Program-made: the position numbers and the translations under genes | Origin: Vicugna vicugna | Taxonomy: Eukaryota | Length of the DNA stretch: 64,000 nt | Assembly: GCA_013265495.1 (NCBI GenBank) | Contig: MU058384.1 | Span: forward strand, 1,241,690-1,305,689 | Direction: 5' to 3' | In this document: positions 1-13,090 of the stretch, piece by piece | How positions within the stretch are numbered: the stretch's first letter is position 1 | Layout of the letters: each line of letters begins with the position of its first letter | Notes under the pieces: model-generated | What the model was told of the DNA's origin: nothing | The model's database searches: none | What the model saw: the letters and a program-made list of their open reading frames with translations, nothing else

Positions 1-1789
1 CTTTTCAGCTCTTTTCCAGCCTGGCATGTTTGGGAATTGCATTGCCAGCTTAGGAAGAATGGGCCAGGAGAATTCATATTGTCTTCCATGAACTAAGAAT
101 GCCTAGTGTCCCAGAAGAGTAGCTGTTGTTAGACGCAACATAAAATAAACCACAGAGTGAAAAATGAACTTCTTACTCCCTTTCTATACTTCAGCACCTA
201 CAAGACAATACTTCTTTTTTCCTGAGTTACTTGACCAACATATTTTGGCTTTGTCCTCCCTTGATGACGTCTCCTTCCCTCTCCTGGAAAAGCCCAGGCC
301 CCATGTCTGTTTTCTACAGCTAAGAAAATCCATTTCTTTCTTTATGGGAAACACACTTAGCAACTAACTCTGTGCTATAGATAGCATCTCCCAAGCAGTG
401 AGAAGCTGTAAAGTTTAAGATTACCTGTTGATAAATGGAAAGGAGCAAGAGTGGTGTGAATGAGTAGGCCTGTTGTTTTTCCTATAATTGCTTCCCACAA
501 TGGCTGAGTTGTGTGTATGTTAAAAAGAATGCTGCAAATTCTTGGGCATTTTTTTAAATATGAGAAGAGATCTATCAACTATTCTGAAGATACTAAAGTT
601 AGCTAAAGGATACAAATACAGTAAAATCTTCCGAGAATGAGGCTTATTCATTTACAACAGAAAAGAACATCTCTATGGTAAGAAAGAGGCATTAGAACAC
701 ACCTTTGCTAAGTGAGATCTCACATGTCGACAGGTAACCACACATGCCCACTCTGCTCTTTCTTCCCCTGAAGTGGTCACTGGAAGTTCTTTCCCTCCTC
801 CCTCCCTCCTTCCATCTGTCTTCCTTCCTTTCCTCCTTTCTTTCTTGTCTTTAGTCATGTTTGGAATTGTTTTCAGAATGTTTAGACTATTTTCCTCACA
901 TTGTCACCAGCTCATTACCACAGAATTACACTTCACAAACAAGAGTGGGCTAGAGAGCCAACTTGGCTTAGCTGTGCCATCTAAGGGAATTATTAAAAGG
1001 ATGAGTTTATTTCTTTTTGAAAAGACAAGCACAATGTGATCCACGGGCAGGCAGGTCACTGTCCACTTCTCTCTTCAGTGTTGTCTGGTGGCCTTTTGCT
1101 CTCTGAGAGTCACTCACTGATGCACTGAATAGCAGCAGTGTCCTTTTTCCACTCAGAACCAAGATCCCATGTGCTTTGTTGCACAAACACATTCCTCACA
1201 GCTTTATTGTAATCGACTTTACAATTTCTGCTGTTGTTATGTGTACTAACAATGGGAAGTCTATATTTCACACTGTTGAATAAACACTGAACTTCACACA
1301 TGTGTGCATATACATACCTGCGAATAAAAATTAGCCAACACACACTTTTACATAAAAAATTTAAATGCAAATTTTATTTTATTGTAATATTAAGACAGTG
1401 TTGCTTAATTTAATAGTTGTTGAGGTTTATCTCATGGGTTTCTGAGGATGGCCTGAAGTCCAAAGCTGAAACTTTTATCTGCAAGAACACAAGATTGTTT
1501 TTACTCTAGACATGAGAAATATTCTCTAGTCACTACAGAAAATGTATGAAACTGAGACAAATAAATATAACCAATTTAAGAGAAAAATACTTTTTTTCAA
1601 AAATTGTTCTTTGTCCATTTGTAAGTCCTTTTCTGCTTTTACTCTGAGGCTCTCAACAAAACTCAATACTTGGTGAAATTTTACTGTTTTTGCTTAAACA
1701 CATTTCTCTTCATCAAAGTAATCCACAGTCATTATAACGACATAAAATACAGATAAATGTAAATAAGCTGAAAGTATCTTTTTATATTG

Positions 1790-2020
1790 TAAAGATTATG
1801 GAGAGTCCAACAAATTTGGACTCAAATTTCAGTATATCTGTTTTCTTACTCTGAACTGTGGGGAAATTATTAAATTATTTTGTTTCTCCATTTGTCAATT
1901 ATACAATAAGGACAATAATACCCATTTTTCCAAAATATTCTGTGTGAGATGAGCTAATACAAAACTATCTTCCATAGCATGTGGCACATAACTGCTAATA
2001 AAAAGCTAATATTCTTATTT
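1790..2020 (+). mobile_element. MIR SINE (degenerate)
   Basis: Core-like ctgtggggaaattattaaattattttgtttctccatttgtc...aataata...gtgagatgagctaata...gtggcacata. Confidence 0.6.
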
Positions 2021-2269
2021 CTTTGCTTAACTTTTAAAAGTACTTTTTAACTATAATAAAATCAGAAAATTTACCTTTTAAAACAACCTCGAAGTTTATC
2101 AATCCTCCAAGCTTTCTTTTCATATTACCTGCCTGCCTAGTCTTCTAGTTTAAAGTTTCATGGAACTATGGCTTAAATGACAGTTCCCAGGCAGTTTTAA
2201 CTTCTAGATAAGCTTTAAACGAACAATTAACACTCATGTTTTTAAAATTTTTGTGAAAAATTTCCACCA

Positions 2270-2420
2270 TTTGATTCTTACAAAATCCTTCTTCATTTCA
2301 GAGATAACAGAGGATCAGAATTGAAATGTCTTATTTGAGGACACAAAGGAAGCAAGTGGCAGAATAAGAGTATGGTCTAATACTTCTGACTCAAAACCTT
2401 GTGTTATACACCACATAGAC
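2270..2420 (-). mobile_element. MIR SINE (degenerate)
   Basis: atttgattcttacaaaatcc...cagaggatcaga...gcaagtggcagaat...tctgactcaaaacc (antisense MIR pattern). Confidence 0.55.
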
Positions 2421-5109
2421 TGAAAATAGCAAAGGAGGGGAAGTGTGCATAGAATAGCACAAAATGTGGTACATCATAAAAGCAGCATTGCTGACAGGAA
2501 TTCATCATCGGTAACAGTATGGATGCTAAGATTTTGAGTCTTTGAAGATAGTCCTGTTAGTGCTCTTGTCCAGCTGAATATTCTCAAAACCCAAGTGATC
2601 ACAAATGGAAAATCTATGTCATTTTCAAGGCCATCTTTTTTTTTTTTTACTTTTTTATTTTACTAGTAATTATATTCTAGAAAGAGAAATAGAACTTTAC
2701 CCATGTTCCTACCTGAAAGAAATTCTATACTGTATTTTTATATGATTGGTTTTGTTACAGCTCAGCTGAGCTAATTTATCACCAAGGTTATGGTGAAAAT
2801 GTACTCTTTATAGAATCATGGTTTAAAATTTTAAGTGAATAAATGGTTTTACACAACAATAACAACAAAAGACAGTGTTGTTTAAAGTATGGTACCTGTT
2901 TCATGATTTTAGAAGATATATATTAATTCATGTAATTAATATATATTATGTCAAATCCATGATGTAGGGTATAGTATTGCTTTCCTGTTCACGTAGCATT
3001 AATTAGGAAAAAAAATCTAAAAACTCTTGGGTAAATAATCCACGTTTGAGGTATGTATACAAAAGAAAAATCGTATTAAGTAGTATTGTATGTTTGAAAA
3101 ATCATTCAATTAAAAAATATTTTTGCACATATATTTAGCAGCACATATTTAGAGTTCAAAGGTAGAAAACAGAACATCTATAAAGCTGACAAGGTTTTAT
3201 ATGTTTTATGCTGTCCAATAGTATGTTTTTCATGGTATCATCAGTGAGCTTTTGACAAGGGACTATAATATGATCAGTGATTGCTAACAACAAAAGATTC
3301 AACTCTAACAAAAGTCTGTTTGTCCCCCTCAAAGAATCAAGAATCAAGAATCAAAATTAGGAGATCTTTTATTTTAGAGAAAATATTTTAGCTTTTCCTC
3401 AATTAAAAATAATTTTGGTTATATGACTTTGTTTTACATTCTGTTTTATCAGACACGTAAGAAAGAATCTGTCATTTTACCTACTAAGGTCCTCCATGGA
3501 ACTCTTCTTAGAAAGAGGACATGAATTAGTATAGCAAAATTAGGGCAGATTACAGTGTCGTGATTATCTCTTCCACAAAGTATAGTGGAAATATTGGAGT
3601 AAATGTCAGAGGAGGCAGGCCTAGGAATGAGAATGCATGACCTAAGGCAACATTTTTATAGTCCTGCATTCATTCAAATCATGCTAGACAAAGGTATCCT
3701 TCAATCTTTACCCATATCTCCAATCTCTGGCCACATATGGCCATATCTAGAAATCCAGAACTGAAACATACATTACTAATCACCCTTTTCTAAATTAACC
3801 ATCTATCCTAATAGATGACAGAGAGTTTTCCCTCCTTACTCATTCCCAGTCCTCATTAGCAATTCCTTCTCCTGGGCTCCATTTATTATGAATTGCATCA
3901 GTTTGACCAGACATCTGTTCTCTTAGGAGTGTTAAAGCTTCCATGTCTAATGTTCCTTCCAGAAAAGACAAGGACCTTACATGCTCTTGACTTCTGTGAT
4001 CAAAGTGCATGGGTAATTTAAACTACACATTATCAAGAGTGTGCAGTAGTGTAAGTGAACTAAATGTGGCTTGAAGGCCTGAACCAAGCCAGCAGGCTAT
4101 CAAAGCTCAGCTTCCTGCCCTCATATTTGGGAGCTGGAAGAACAGTATCTGGCTTGGCCTATTGACCACAGAGGGGTGGCAAATGCTACATTACCTGGAG
4201 GTCAGAATTCCCAAGGCTGGCATCAGAACCATGATGGGGCTACTGCTGACTTATAAATAATTTCTGTTTACCACAGTATATGGTTCTTCCTAGACTGAAG
4301 GAAGTAAGGGCTAAGAAACAGCCAGAGAGCCTTCTTTTTTTTTGCTAAGGTCTGTGAAACACCTTATAAAGGGTAAAGTCCAAATAAAAATTACCTTGTA
4401 TTTTTATCTTGGCTTTTTCACACAGTATTTATTCACATCTCATTTGTCATACGTTAATAAAGATACCAGTTACTTGTGAAATACGATTTTGTCAGATTGC
4501 CAATATCTTGAAATCTTAGAAACCCACTGCAAATGTGAGCAGAGATTTTGAACAACCTGGCAGCTGGCCAAGCACTAGAGACCTCTAAGACAGGAGTAGT
4601 CAGCCATCCCGTTTTATGTTTTGATCTTGTGCTTGAATAAAAAAGACTGAACTAGATAACCTTCGAACTGTAAGATTCCATGATTCTATTTTTCAAATAT
4701 CTTCATCTTCCAAGTACTGTATAAACAAATGTTCTACAAGAGAAATTCTACAATTGTAGTTTGATGTGTTTGCCCCCCTCTCTCTCTCCTCTTACTTTCT
4801 CTTTTCCACCCATCCCATCCCCCAAAATGGTGCAATAACAAATTCCTTCACTAAAGGGACAGAGTTGTTAGTGATTACAATCCATGTTTTTAAATTCTCC
4901 ACTCACTGATAAAAACATGTGATATGAAATAGTGAAGAAACCTCAGGGGCATTCCAAGCATTCATGGACAAAAAAAGTCAAGACTTGTGGTATTTTCCTT
5001 CAAAATTCATGTGAGCCGAATCAAAGAGACATAAGAATCTATATTTAGACTTAACTAAAATGGATGCATTTTGTCGTTGGCAATCCCTCAATATTATAAC
5101 TCTGAAATA

Positions 5110-5960
5110 ATGTAAATCAGTCCAGTCCTTTCCATCTCCGTTGTCATTCCTCTGATGTAAAGCCTTCTAGTCTCTTATCTAGACCTTCAAAGTAGCCTCC
5201 AAAAGGCCTTTTCCAATGCTGCTCCAGGCTGCCTTCCTACAAGCACCAGGTTAGGCCTTCTAATGTTCCGCTCTAATCCCATCTCATCTCTGCATAAAGC
5301 CAGCATTAACTGCCCTCTACCTACTAAGCCAACTGCCTGACCTTGCTATTTCAGCATTTCTATAACTTTGCCTTGCTTTGTTGTTTCAGCCTTATCTTCT
5401 CTAAGATTCCTATATATTCCTATAATCCAGTATTTTTCATACTAGTCACTATTGACTTTTGGGACTAGGTAATTCTTTGTTGAGATCAGCTGTATTGTGT
5501 ATTGAAGAAGGTTTATAAGCATCCCTCACCTCTACCCAATAGGTGCCAGCAGCACCTCTAAGTTGTGGCAACCAAAACTGTCTCCCAACATTACCAAATG
5601 TCCCTGGGAGGAAAATCACCTCTGTTTGAGAAACCACTGCTATAATCAAATCAAACTGCATTACTTACTGTTCCTAAATTATCCCCTTCTCCTATCTAAT
5701 GATGTAAAATTTTGACAATAATTCCTCCTAAAGTATCTCCTAACCTCCCTGTGTACAGAAATACACCCCCCCCTCAAGTTTCATATGTTGATATTTCAGG
5801 AGACATCTAGAGCTTCCTGCATGAAGTCTTTCTCAATTGTTGCATCCTGATGTGATCACTCCTTTAAATTTGTCCTTTGTATCCATCACATTCATGAAAC
5901 ATCCATCTTCTTTGAGATTACAATATTCCCATTTGTCTACTTGTCAATTTGTCCTTGAAA
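5110..5960 (+). mobile_element. L2 LINE fragment, interrupted by MER20
   Basis: Pyrimidine-rich L2-type text (tccatctcc...tctcttatctagacc...tagcctcc) before 5428, continuing after 5647 (tcaagtttca...cttcctgcatgaagtctttctc). Confidence 0.6.
5428..5639 (-). mobile_element. MER20 non-autonomous hAT-Charlie DNA transposon, full length, perfect 8-bp TSD
   Basis: Termini cag...gagaaaccactg. Internal gcatccctcacctctacccaataggtgccagcagcacc...caaatgtccctggg matches recalled MER20 antisense. TSD CTATAATC at 5420-5427 and 5640-5647. Confidence 0.9.
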
Positions 5961-5969
5961 TGTTTTAAT

Positions 5970-6600
5970 TCACTCATTCAACTTATAAGTATTAAGCTCC
6001 TACAATGTGCCAGGCATTGGTGTGTGCATTGAACGAGTAGAGCAAGATTTTTGCCTTGTCAAACTCACAGGCTGAGGAAAGGATGCATGGTAGGTACAGT
6101 CTATGGGGATGGGGGTAGGGCTAAAAAATAAGTAAATGTATACATACACTATTTGATAATTTCTATGAAAGAAACAAACAGGTGGTGCAGTAGATTATAG
6201 CACATAGAGATTCTCTAGATAGAGCAGTCATGCAAAGTTTTACTAAGGTTTGATATTTAAGCTGAGGATTGATGTATGAGAGTCAAGCCTTGTATCTTTG
6301 CCTTTGGAGATAACCACATGTACAAAGGCCCTGAGGCAGACCTGAGTTTGGATTATTTGACCATCTAAAATAAATCCCTGGGCTGAATTATAGTGATCAA
6401 AGGGGAAAGTTACAGGCAATTACTTGGGAGAGGTAAGCAAGCATCAAACTGTGTAGGGCCCATTAGTTCAGGGTAAGAATTCTGGATATTCTTTGAAATG
6501 TTTCAAGAAACAACTAAAGTGTCTTATGAAGAAAAGTGACATGATCTGATTTGTACCATTAGTAAATTATTCTGGATTCTATACGAAGAATTTGGAAAAT
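5970..6600 (-). mobile_element. L2 LINE 3' fragment
   Basis: cattcaac...tattaagctcctacaatgtgccaggcattg...caaaggccctgaggcag...gtgacatgatctgattt. Confidence 0.8.
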
Positions 6601-7299
6601 GAGTGTTCCTGTTTAAAGAACATCAGGATTAGAGAAGATTTTAATTTCTCCTATAGCTAAAACTCCAGAGAATTGAATTCTCCAACTTGGAACATTATAC
6701 ATGTTATGCCATGAAAGAATTAAGAAGGGAAGAGGTATTGATCCCTTCAGCCCTAGAAAGACAGAGTGCTTCTGGGTGTTACTGCCACGTACAATGTAAA
6801 TACTAATGTTTTCTATACATGTCATGGCATGAGGAAGGAGAGGAATCACTGCTGTGATACAGGACCCAACTATTCATACAGACATTTAAACACCCTCAAA
6901 AGACTGAGAACTCACTACTTCCAAAGAGAGACTTTTCCAGCCTTGGAAAGCTCTAACAATTAGAAAACTGCTTTTCATTGACCTGAGTCAGAAGTGCGTG
7001 GGATATATTAATGAGATCATAAGTAGACCAGTTTGGCTCACACAAAGGTTCTTTTAGAGGAGGCTCATCTAACTCAGCGATCCTCCTCCCTAACCCACCT
7101 CTCAGTGACAATGCCATCTTCCCACAGCCTTGTTGTTCCCTTTCTACCCGCTTCTCTGTCTGACGGCCATGAACGCTTTCTCGCCCTCCCCGACTTACCT
7201 CCCTTTGCTCATTCCAACTGCTGCCTATAAGACAGGACATTAATACAACATTCTGTGATAAATTTCCCCTGACTGCCCATCCCCAGCTTCAGCCCTCCT

Positions 7300-7426
7300 C
7301 TTGTGTGTCCTCTCTACTGACTGTGAACTCCCTGAGTACAAGCCTTTGGTCTTATTCATCTTGATATCCTGAGCTCAAAGTAGAGTGCCTACTACATTAC
7401 AGATATCTAGTAAATATTTGTTAAGT
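7300..7426 (+). mobile_element. L2 3' terminus
   Basis: gactgtgaactccctgag...tcttattcatcttgatatcc...agtgcct...gtaaatatttgtt. Confidence 0.7.
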
Positions 7427-7439
7427 CTTTATGGGTGGA

Positions 7440-7930
7440 GCAACTCTGGACTTTGGAGTAAAATTTCACATCTTAATTCTACTTCTTACTAGTTATGAGA
7501 GTCATTTATTCAAACATTTGCTCCACAAATATTACTGAGAGCTTACATGCCCAGTAATGAAAATACACTGCCCCTACATCAAGGCACTATGGTCTAGATG
7601 AAAAGGCAAACACTAATCAAATGATTGGGTGATAAACACCACAAAATGATATGAATTCTAAGATGAAGGGAATGTCTAGGGATCCTTAAGGTATATCAAG
7701 GAAACCTCATTTGGTCTGGGTTCTCAGGGAGGCTTCCTGGATACGGTAAGATTTGCACTAAGACCTAGGAATGAGTAAATCTTGAGAAATGTACATACAT
7801 TCTCTAAACCTCAGATCCCTCACCAATAAAATGAAAATAATAATGCTTTCTCTTTAGGATTCTCCCAAGGATTAATGAATTAACATATGCAAAGTGCCTG
7901 CCTCAGAGAAGGAAATTAATAATTGGCAAG
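7440..7930 (+). mobile_element. MIR SINE split by an antisense L2 fragment (~7500-7790)
   Basis: MIR 5' part (ggactttggagt...cttactagttatg), then antisense L2 tail (catttattcaaacattt...gggaggcttcctgga), then MIR core (ctctaaacctcagatccctcacc...aaaatg...aggattaatga). Confidence 0.6.
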
Positions 7931-8004
7931 TTCTTCCTCCCCTAATGGATGAGGAATAAAGACAGGCTGAATAAGCAGGATTACGGAAGAACTTCAGTGC
8001 TTCA

Positions 8005-8454
8005 TGTAGTATGTTAAATTGTTTCTGCAAGTAAGATACGTTGAAGACGTAATCCCTAAAACTTCAGAATGTGACTTTATTGGAAATAAAGTAATTATAA
8101 TTAGTTGGGTTAAGAGAAGGTCATACTGGAATAGGGCAGACCCTTTATCCAAATGACTGGTGTCCTTATGAGAAGAGGTAGCTTTAGACACAGACATAGG
8201 AGAGAATGCCATGTGATAAAGGAATCAGAGATTCACATGCTTTAGCTGTAAGCCTAGGAACACCAAAGACTGTTGACAAACCAGAACAGAAGCTAGGGAG
8301 ATGTGAAAAAGATTCTCTCTAGAGGTTTTAAGGAATCCTGGCTCTGCCAACACCTTAATTCTGGACATCTGGCCTCCAAAACTGGGAGACAATAATTTTT
8401 TTTAAGGCACATAGTATGTAGTACTTTTTTTGGCAGTCCTAAGAAACTGACACA
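8005..8454 (+). mobile_element. MaLR solo LTR, MLT1C-like
   Basis: TG...CA ends; cagaatgtgactttattggaaata, ggtcatactgga, gactggtgtccttat, ctgccaacaccttaatt...ctggcctccaaaactgggaga, ctaagaaactgacaca. Confidence 0.88.
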
Positions 8455-10289
8455 CATTATAAAAGTGTTTGGATGGTGTATTTCAGATAATGATACAGAC
8501 TTGGAAAATAAGGACTTGGAAGGTAGGATCTGAGCAATAAAATAAAAAGGTGTTTTGAGAAGATAAACCTAGAATTGGCATTTACCATGTTAATGTATTT
8601 TCTGTTCACACTGAGTCCATAAGCTTTTTGAGGGTGGAATCTGCCTTCCATGAAAAGCTGAACTCTTTTAAATTAATTAAAATAAACATTTAGGTACACA
8701 AGCTCTTTATGGAAAACTTAGAGGTAAAACATTTTAAGTCATTGAATTTTTACTCTTCTAAAGTAAAAATCATCTTCTCATTTTATTTAATTGAAGAGGC
8801 AAAGCATGCAGTAAATTAAATCCAATTTGCATGCAATTGTGCATGCAATGTAGATCTTGGCTTTAACTAGGGAGCAAGCTGTATACAAACTCAAATACTC
8901 TTATATTTGAAGTTAACATTAATTGTTTGCTTAAAATTTTCAGTAGTTTCCTTCCCTTGCTTTCAAAGAAAAATATCATAGCATTTTTCTTTCAATTTAA
9001 ATCCCACAAAATCTATAACTGATAATAAGAATGTATCCCCTAAGGGCTAGTACATTTCTCTAATATTATACTTGTATGCTTCAAGCTCTGTAGCAAGCCT
9101 GTAATTCTATTTAAAAAAAAATCTGCATGGCTTTAATTCATATGGTTTTGCTCGATTAATTACAGTTATCATCCAAAAATATTCTTCACTTATAAAAATG
9201 GTGAATGGTGTGTAGAGGAAGCAATGTACTGTATCATATTTCATGAAATTTCATATGCCATGCGTATTGATCTGGTATAAACTAGAGAACACACTTTGTT
9301 TAAATTAAGGCTTTAAATTCAATTTTATACCAATTCCTCCAACTCATTATCCATAATATATTTGTTTACATCCATGGAAATGTTACCTGGTTAAACTATG
9401 TAATTCTGCCTAATTCAGATTGATTTGTATCTTCTATCCTCTTGATTTGTGCAATTTCATGTTGTAATCATTGAATAATGAAACAGGACCCCTTGGTTTG
9501 ATAAAATTAATATTATTGCCCATGAATGTTAAAAATGCAAGAAAAAATGAGCAGAAATCAAATAAAAGAGAATACTGGGCACGTTTGGGGATGCTGCACC
9601 AATCCTGTAAGAGTTTTTAGCTGAAACAGTTCTCAGAGGGTTTCATTGCCCACCCCACCATTTCTAGGGCACAGGAGACCCATTGGTGTATTTGTTCTAT
9701 TTAGCATCAGTTTTAGACTCCCCTTGAGTTCCTCTTTTTGGGAATCATCTTCTTTAGACATTCCCAGACTTGACCAACTACGCCCCATCAACAGTTTTAA
9801 ACTTAAATGGTGATTACAAAGATCCCTGGACCCCGATCAGTCCTATTAAAACCATATTATTGAGGCACAAGGCCCAGGAATTTGCATTAAAATATATTCC
9901 ATGGAGCCCTGCTTCAGAAGATCTAAAATCCTCAGATGGAGAAACAATATCCTGGACTTTCCAGCTCATCGGTGCTCTCTCAGAACACTTTACTTGAAGT
10001 TGCTGGATCCCACTCATTCTTTTTGTACAGATGCTTTCTTTCCTCCTTCTAAACGTCATATAATCTGGCTGATTTTTCTCAGGCCAATGGGAAAGAGCTG
10101 GAAGGATTCCTCAGTTTACACAGATGTACCTTCATAAAGGTCTTCTGATAGTTGTGGCCAGCCCCAGTGGAAGAAGCTGTGACCTGAACCAAAGATGCCA
10201 ATGGTGGGAATATCATCCAGATGGGAGCTGGAATTACCATGTTCCCTAAACAGTATGTTGTACATCTTTTGTTTTCTTAGTAATGAAAA

Positions 10290-10480
10290 ATGATAAGCAT
10301 TCCTACTGGATAGCTCTCTGCTTGAAAGCCTCTGTGGCTGCCTAGGACAAGTCATGTGACCTTTCTGGTCTTTGCATTTATCAAAAATAGATAATAATGT
10401 ATATGTCCCAGAATTGTTTAGATAAATAAAGGAGTATGAAAAGTGCCCATAAGTACACAGTATTTAATAACCAGTAGTAA
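10290..10480 (+). mobile_element. MIR SINE (degenerate)
   Basis: ggacaagtcatgtgacctttctgg...aaaaatagataataat. Confidence 0.5.
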
Positions 10481-10985
10481 AAAGAAATACACTAAAAAGG
10501 CATAATTTCTACAAAAAGATTGTTCTCATTTCTTCTATTATCCCAGAAGTCCATGCAAACCTTACAATTCCAACAAAGGCCATGATGGTGGGGTTTGCTC
10601 CAAGTTCTCAGGTGCAACCCCAAGGTTAAAGTTGAAGGTCCAGATAAAAATAAAGGCAAGAACACTTAAATTAGCTGAAGTTCCTGGATTTCTTCTCTTT
10701 GGACCATAAAGTTGAAAAGGGTCAGAAACAGGTATGTCTTCATTAAAATCATCTTTAAATTACCAACTAAATGCCTTTTGGTTAATAACAAAGAATGATA
10801 TTAAATGTGAGAAAAATATTTATTTCTTCTGTCAAATCATCCTTTAGAGCCTATACCGTTGGTAGTTTTCCATCATCTCAGTTTCTGCAAGTAGGGCAGA
10901 GGGTCTGGACTTCCAGCTTGTTTGTATTTTATTCTTTTCATTTATTCTTTTTATTTTCCACTGGGCATGAAATGCATACCGAATT

Positions 10986-11046
10986 CATGCATTAAATATC
11001 CTTGGCATAAAGGACATGCATTAAATATTCCTGACATAAAGGACAT
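10986..11046. repeat. Tandem duplication, 29-bp unit x2
   Basis: catgcattaaatatccttggcataaagga (10986-11014) and catgcattaaatattcctgacataaagga (11015-11043); 26/29 identical. Confidence 0.9.
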
Positions 11047-11636
11047 CCCCAATGTACTCAATCATTAATGAACGTTGGACTGAGTTTCAATCGCAAAAGA
11101 GCAGTGGCAAGTTTCAGTATGTCCTACAGCATATGCCTAAAGGTTTTTACCCTCCTGTAATATGAAGAAAGCACCAGTCAAGTTATCACCTAGCCCTGGA
11201 ATTAACATGTAACTAGTCTCTCTATCTTAGATTCTACTGCCCTGAGGTAAAGGATAAAATTACAGAATAGGTTTACAGCCTAGAATCCTGGGCAAACTTA
11301 GGTTAGGCTTTTGTGAATTCATGAGACCTTTGAAGCATTAGATAGACATTTTATTCCCTCCTTCATAACATCTTAGTTGTTCTTCAATATTGAGACATTT
11401 CATATATGTAGTACTTATTTTTAAATACGTATTTTCCAAGCATTCAGAAACCTATTTTTCTTTGAAAAACATTTAGATTCTTGAGTAAAAGGACCTTGAC
11501 ATATAATTGTGCCTTTTACTGGTCAAAGAAATTTAGGTGGGTTTTTTCCTCTTAACTCTGCAAAATAAGTACAAGAGTAGAGACTTTAACTTCATGGACC
11601 AACTAGAGAAAACTAAGCTATGAGGACAGTCTATAG

Positions 11637-11864
11637 CAAAGGTCAGCAAACTACGGCCCATAGGCCAAATCCAGCTCACCACCTGTTTTTGTAAATAAGG
11701 TGTTCTTGACTGAAATAGTCATGTCCATTTGTTCAGGTATTGTCTATGGCTTGCTTCTGTGCTAAAATGGCCGAGTTAAATAATTGTGACAGACATTTAT
11801 GACCCACAAAAATCAACAATATCCACTTTCTGGCCTTTTACGGCAAAAAATTTGCTAACTCTTG
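11637..11864 (+). mobile_element. MER58A hAT-Charlie DNA transposon, full length
   Basis: ggtcagcaaactacggcccataggccaaatccagctcaccacctgtttttgtaaataa...tggccttttac...tttgctaactcttg. Near-perfect 8-bp TSD GTCTATAG (11629-11636) / GTCTAGAG (11865-11872). Confidence 0.92.
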
Positions 11865-12289
11865 GTCTAGAGTCAAGCCTCAACAATATTATGAAGGCCA
11901 ACGTCTGTGGTCTTCCACAAATTTTCACTTGTCGACAATCCCTAGAGAGTGGATAGAGTTTAAAGTTAATGAATCTGGTTATTTTTATGTTCTTAAATAT
12001 TAGAAGTTATCTTAATTTTTGTTGTCTTCAACGTTGGATACCTACTGGAAGTATATTTAATTCTCTATCACATGATATGATTTCCAAATAAGTTTTCTAA
12101 AAACAACTATCCTAGTTATCATTTCTCTGCATAACTCTCTTTAAATACATTTCCAAATATAGACAAAAGGGAAAATAGGCTATTAAAACAGTACTTTGAC
12201 AGGAAATGTATTATTGTGATAGTAAGCATAAGAGACAGAAAAAGATAAGAAGGCAATACACAGAAATTGCTCCTAGATTTGTAACGAGA

Positions 12290-12337
12290 GTGTGTGTGTG
12301 TGTATATGTATATATATATATGTGTATATATATACAT
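12290..12337. repeat. (TG)n/(TA)n microsatellite
   Basis: Directly visible. Confidence 0.9.
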
Positions 12338-12581
12338 AAAATCTTCCAAATCAATAATTCAATATAAATAATTGCATATTACATATCTGTTAGTGGTTTT
12401 AGGTAAATACTTATTTTTAAAGCCTAACTTCATACTGTAGAGGTTGATAAGATCAAGTTAGGCATGGAACTGTTTATTTGGAATTTGTTATTCTTACAAA
12501 GGGTCAAAGTATTCTTAAATTAAAAAAAAAAAAAACTACCCTCATGCTCTCAACCAGCCACAACAACTAGGAGAAACATTT

Positions 12582-12632
12582 AAAAGAAAGAAAGAAAAAG
12601 AAAAGAAAAGAGAAAGAAAAAGAAAAAGAAAG
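12582..12632. repeat. A/G-rich low-complexity tract (GAAAA-like)
   Basis: Directly visible. Confidence 0.85.
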
Positions 12633-12939
12633 ACAACTAAGACTATCTTTTAAACTCCCACTTGCCCTTGCAAAGCATCCTGGCTTAGATAGATATTGAG
12701 CAACACTGTCTATTCTTAATCCAAAGACACTGCAAAGCAAGATAAAAGTAATAAGGAAGGATTAAGACTAAAGCTACTACATAGAGTTCATCAAGTCATA
12801 AAAAAGACTTTCACAACATTTCTGACTCCATGTCTATGTTCTCCTAAAATAGAAGCTGTTATTTGGCAATGGAGTCCTTGCACTGACCTGGAACAGTGAT
12901 GCAGGGACCAACTGAGTGACTCAGAATTAAACTGTGCAA

Positions 12940-13090
12940 TCATTTATGCATAGAATACACTCATGTTGAGTGAGCCCAGCGTCAGGCACTGCCCTGTGCA
13001 TTGAGGGTTCAAAGTCACCAAGCCTCCTTCAGGAGTCTGCCTTCATGGAGCTTATACTTTAGAGGCAAAGGGAAACAAGTCAATCTGGGA
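12940..13090 (-). mobile_element. L2 3' fragment
   Basis: gtcaggcactgccctgtgcattgaggg...ctgccttcatggagcttatactttag. Confidence 0.65.

Noticed and set aside
9387..9604. Minus-strand exon-like segment near the RBFOX cluster
   Set aside because: Stops in all frames and no recognisable peptide.
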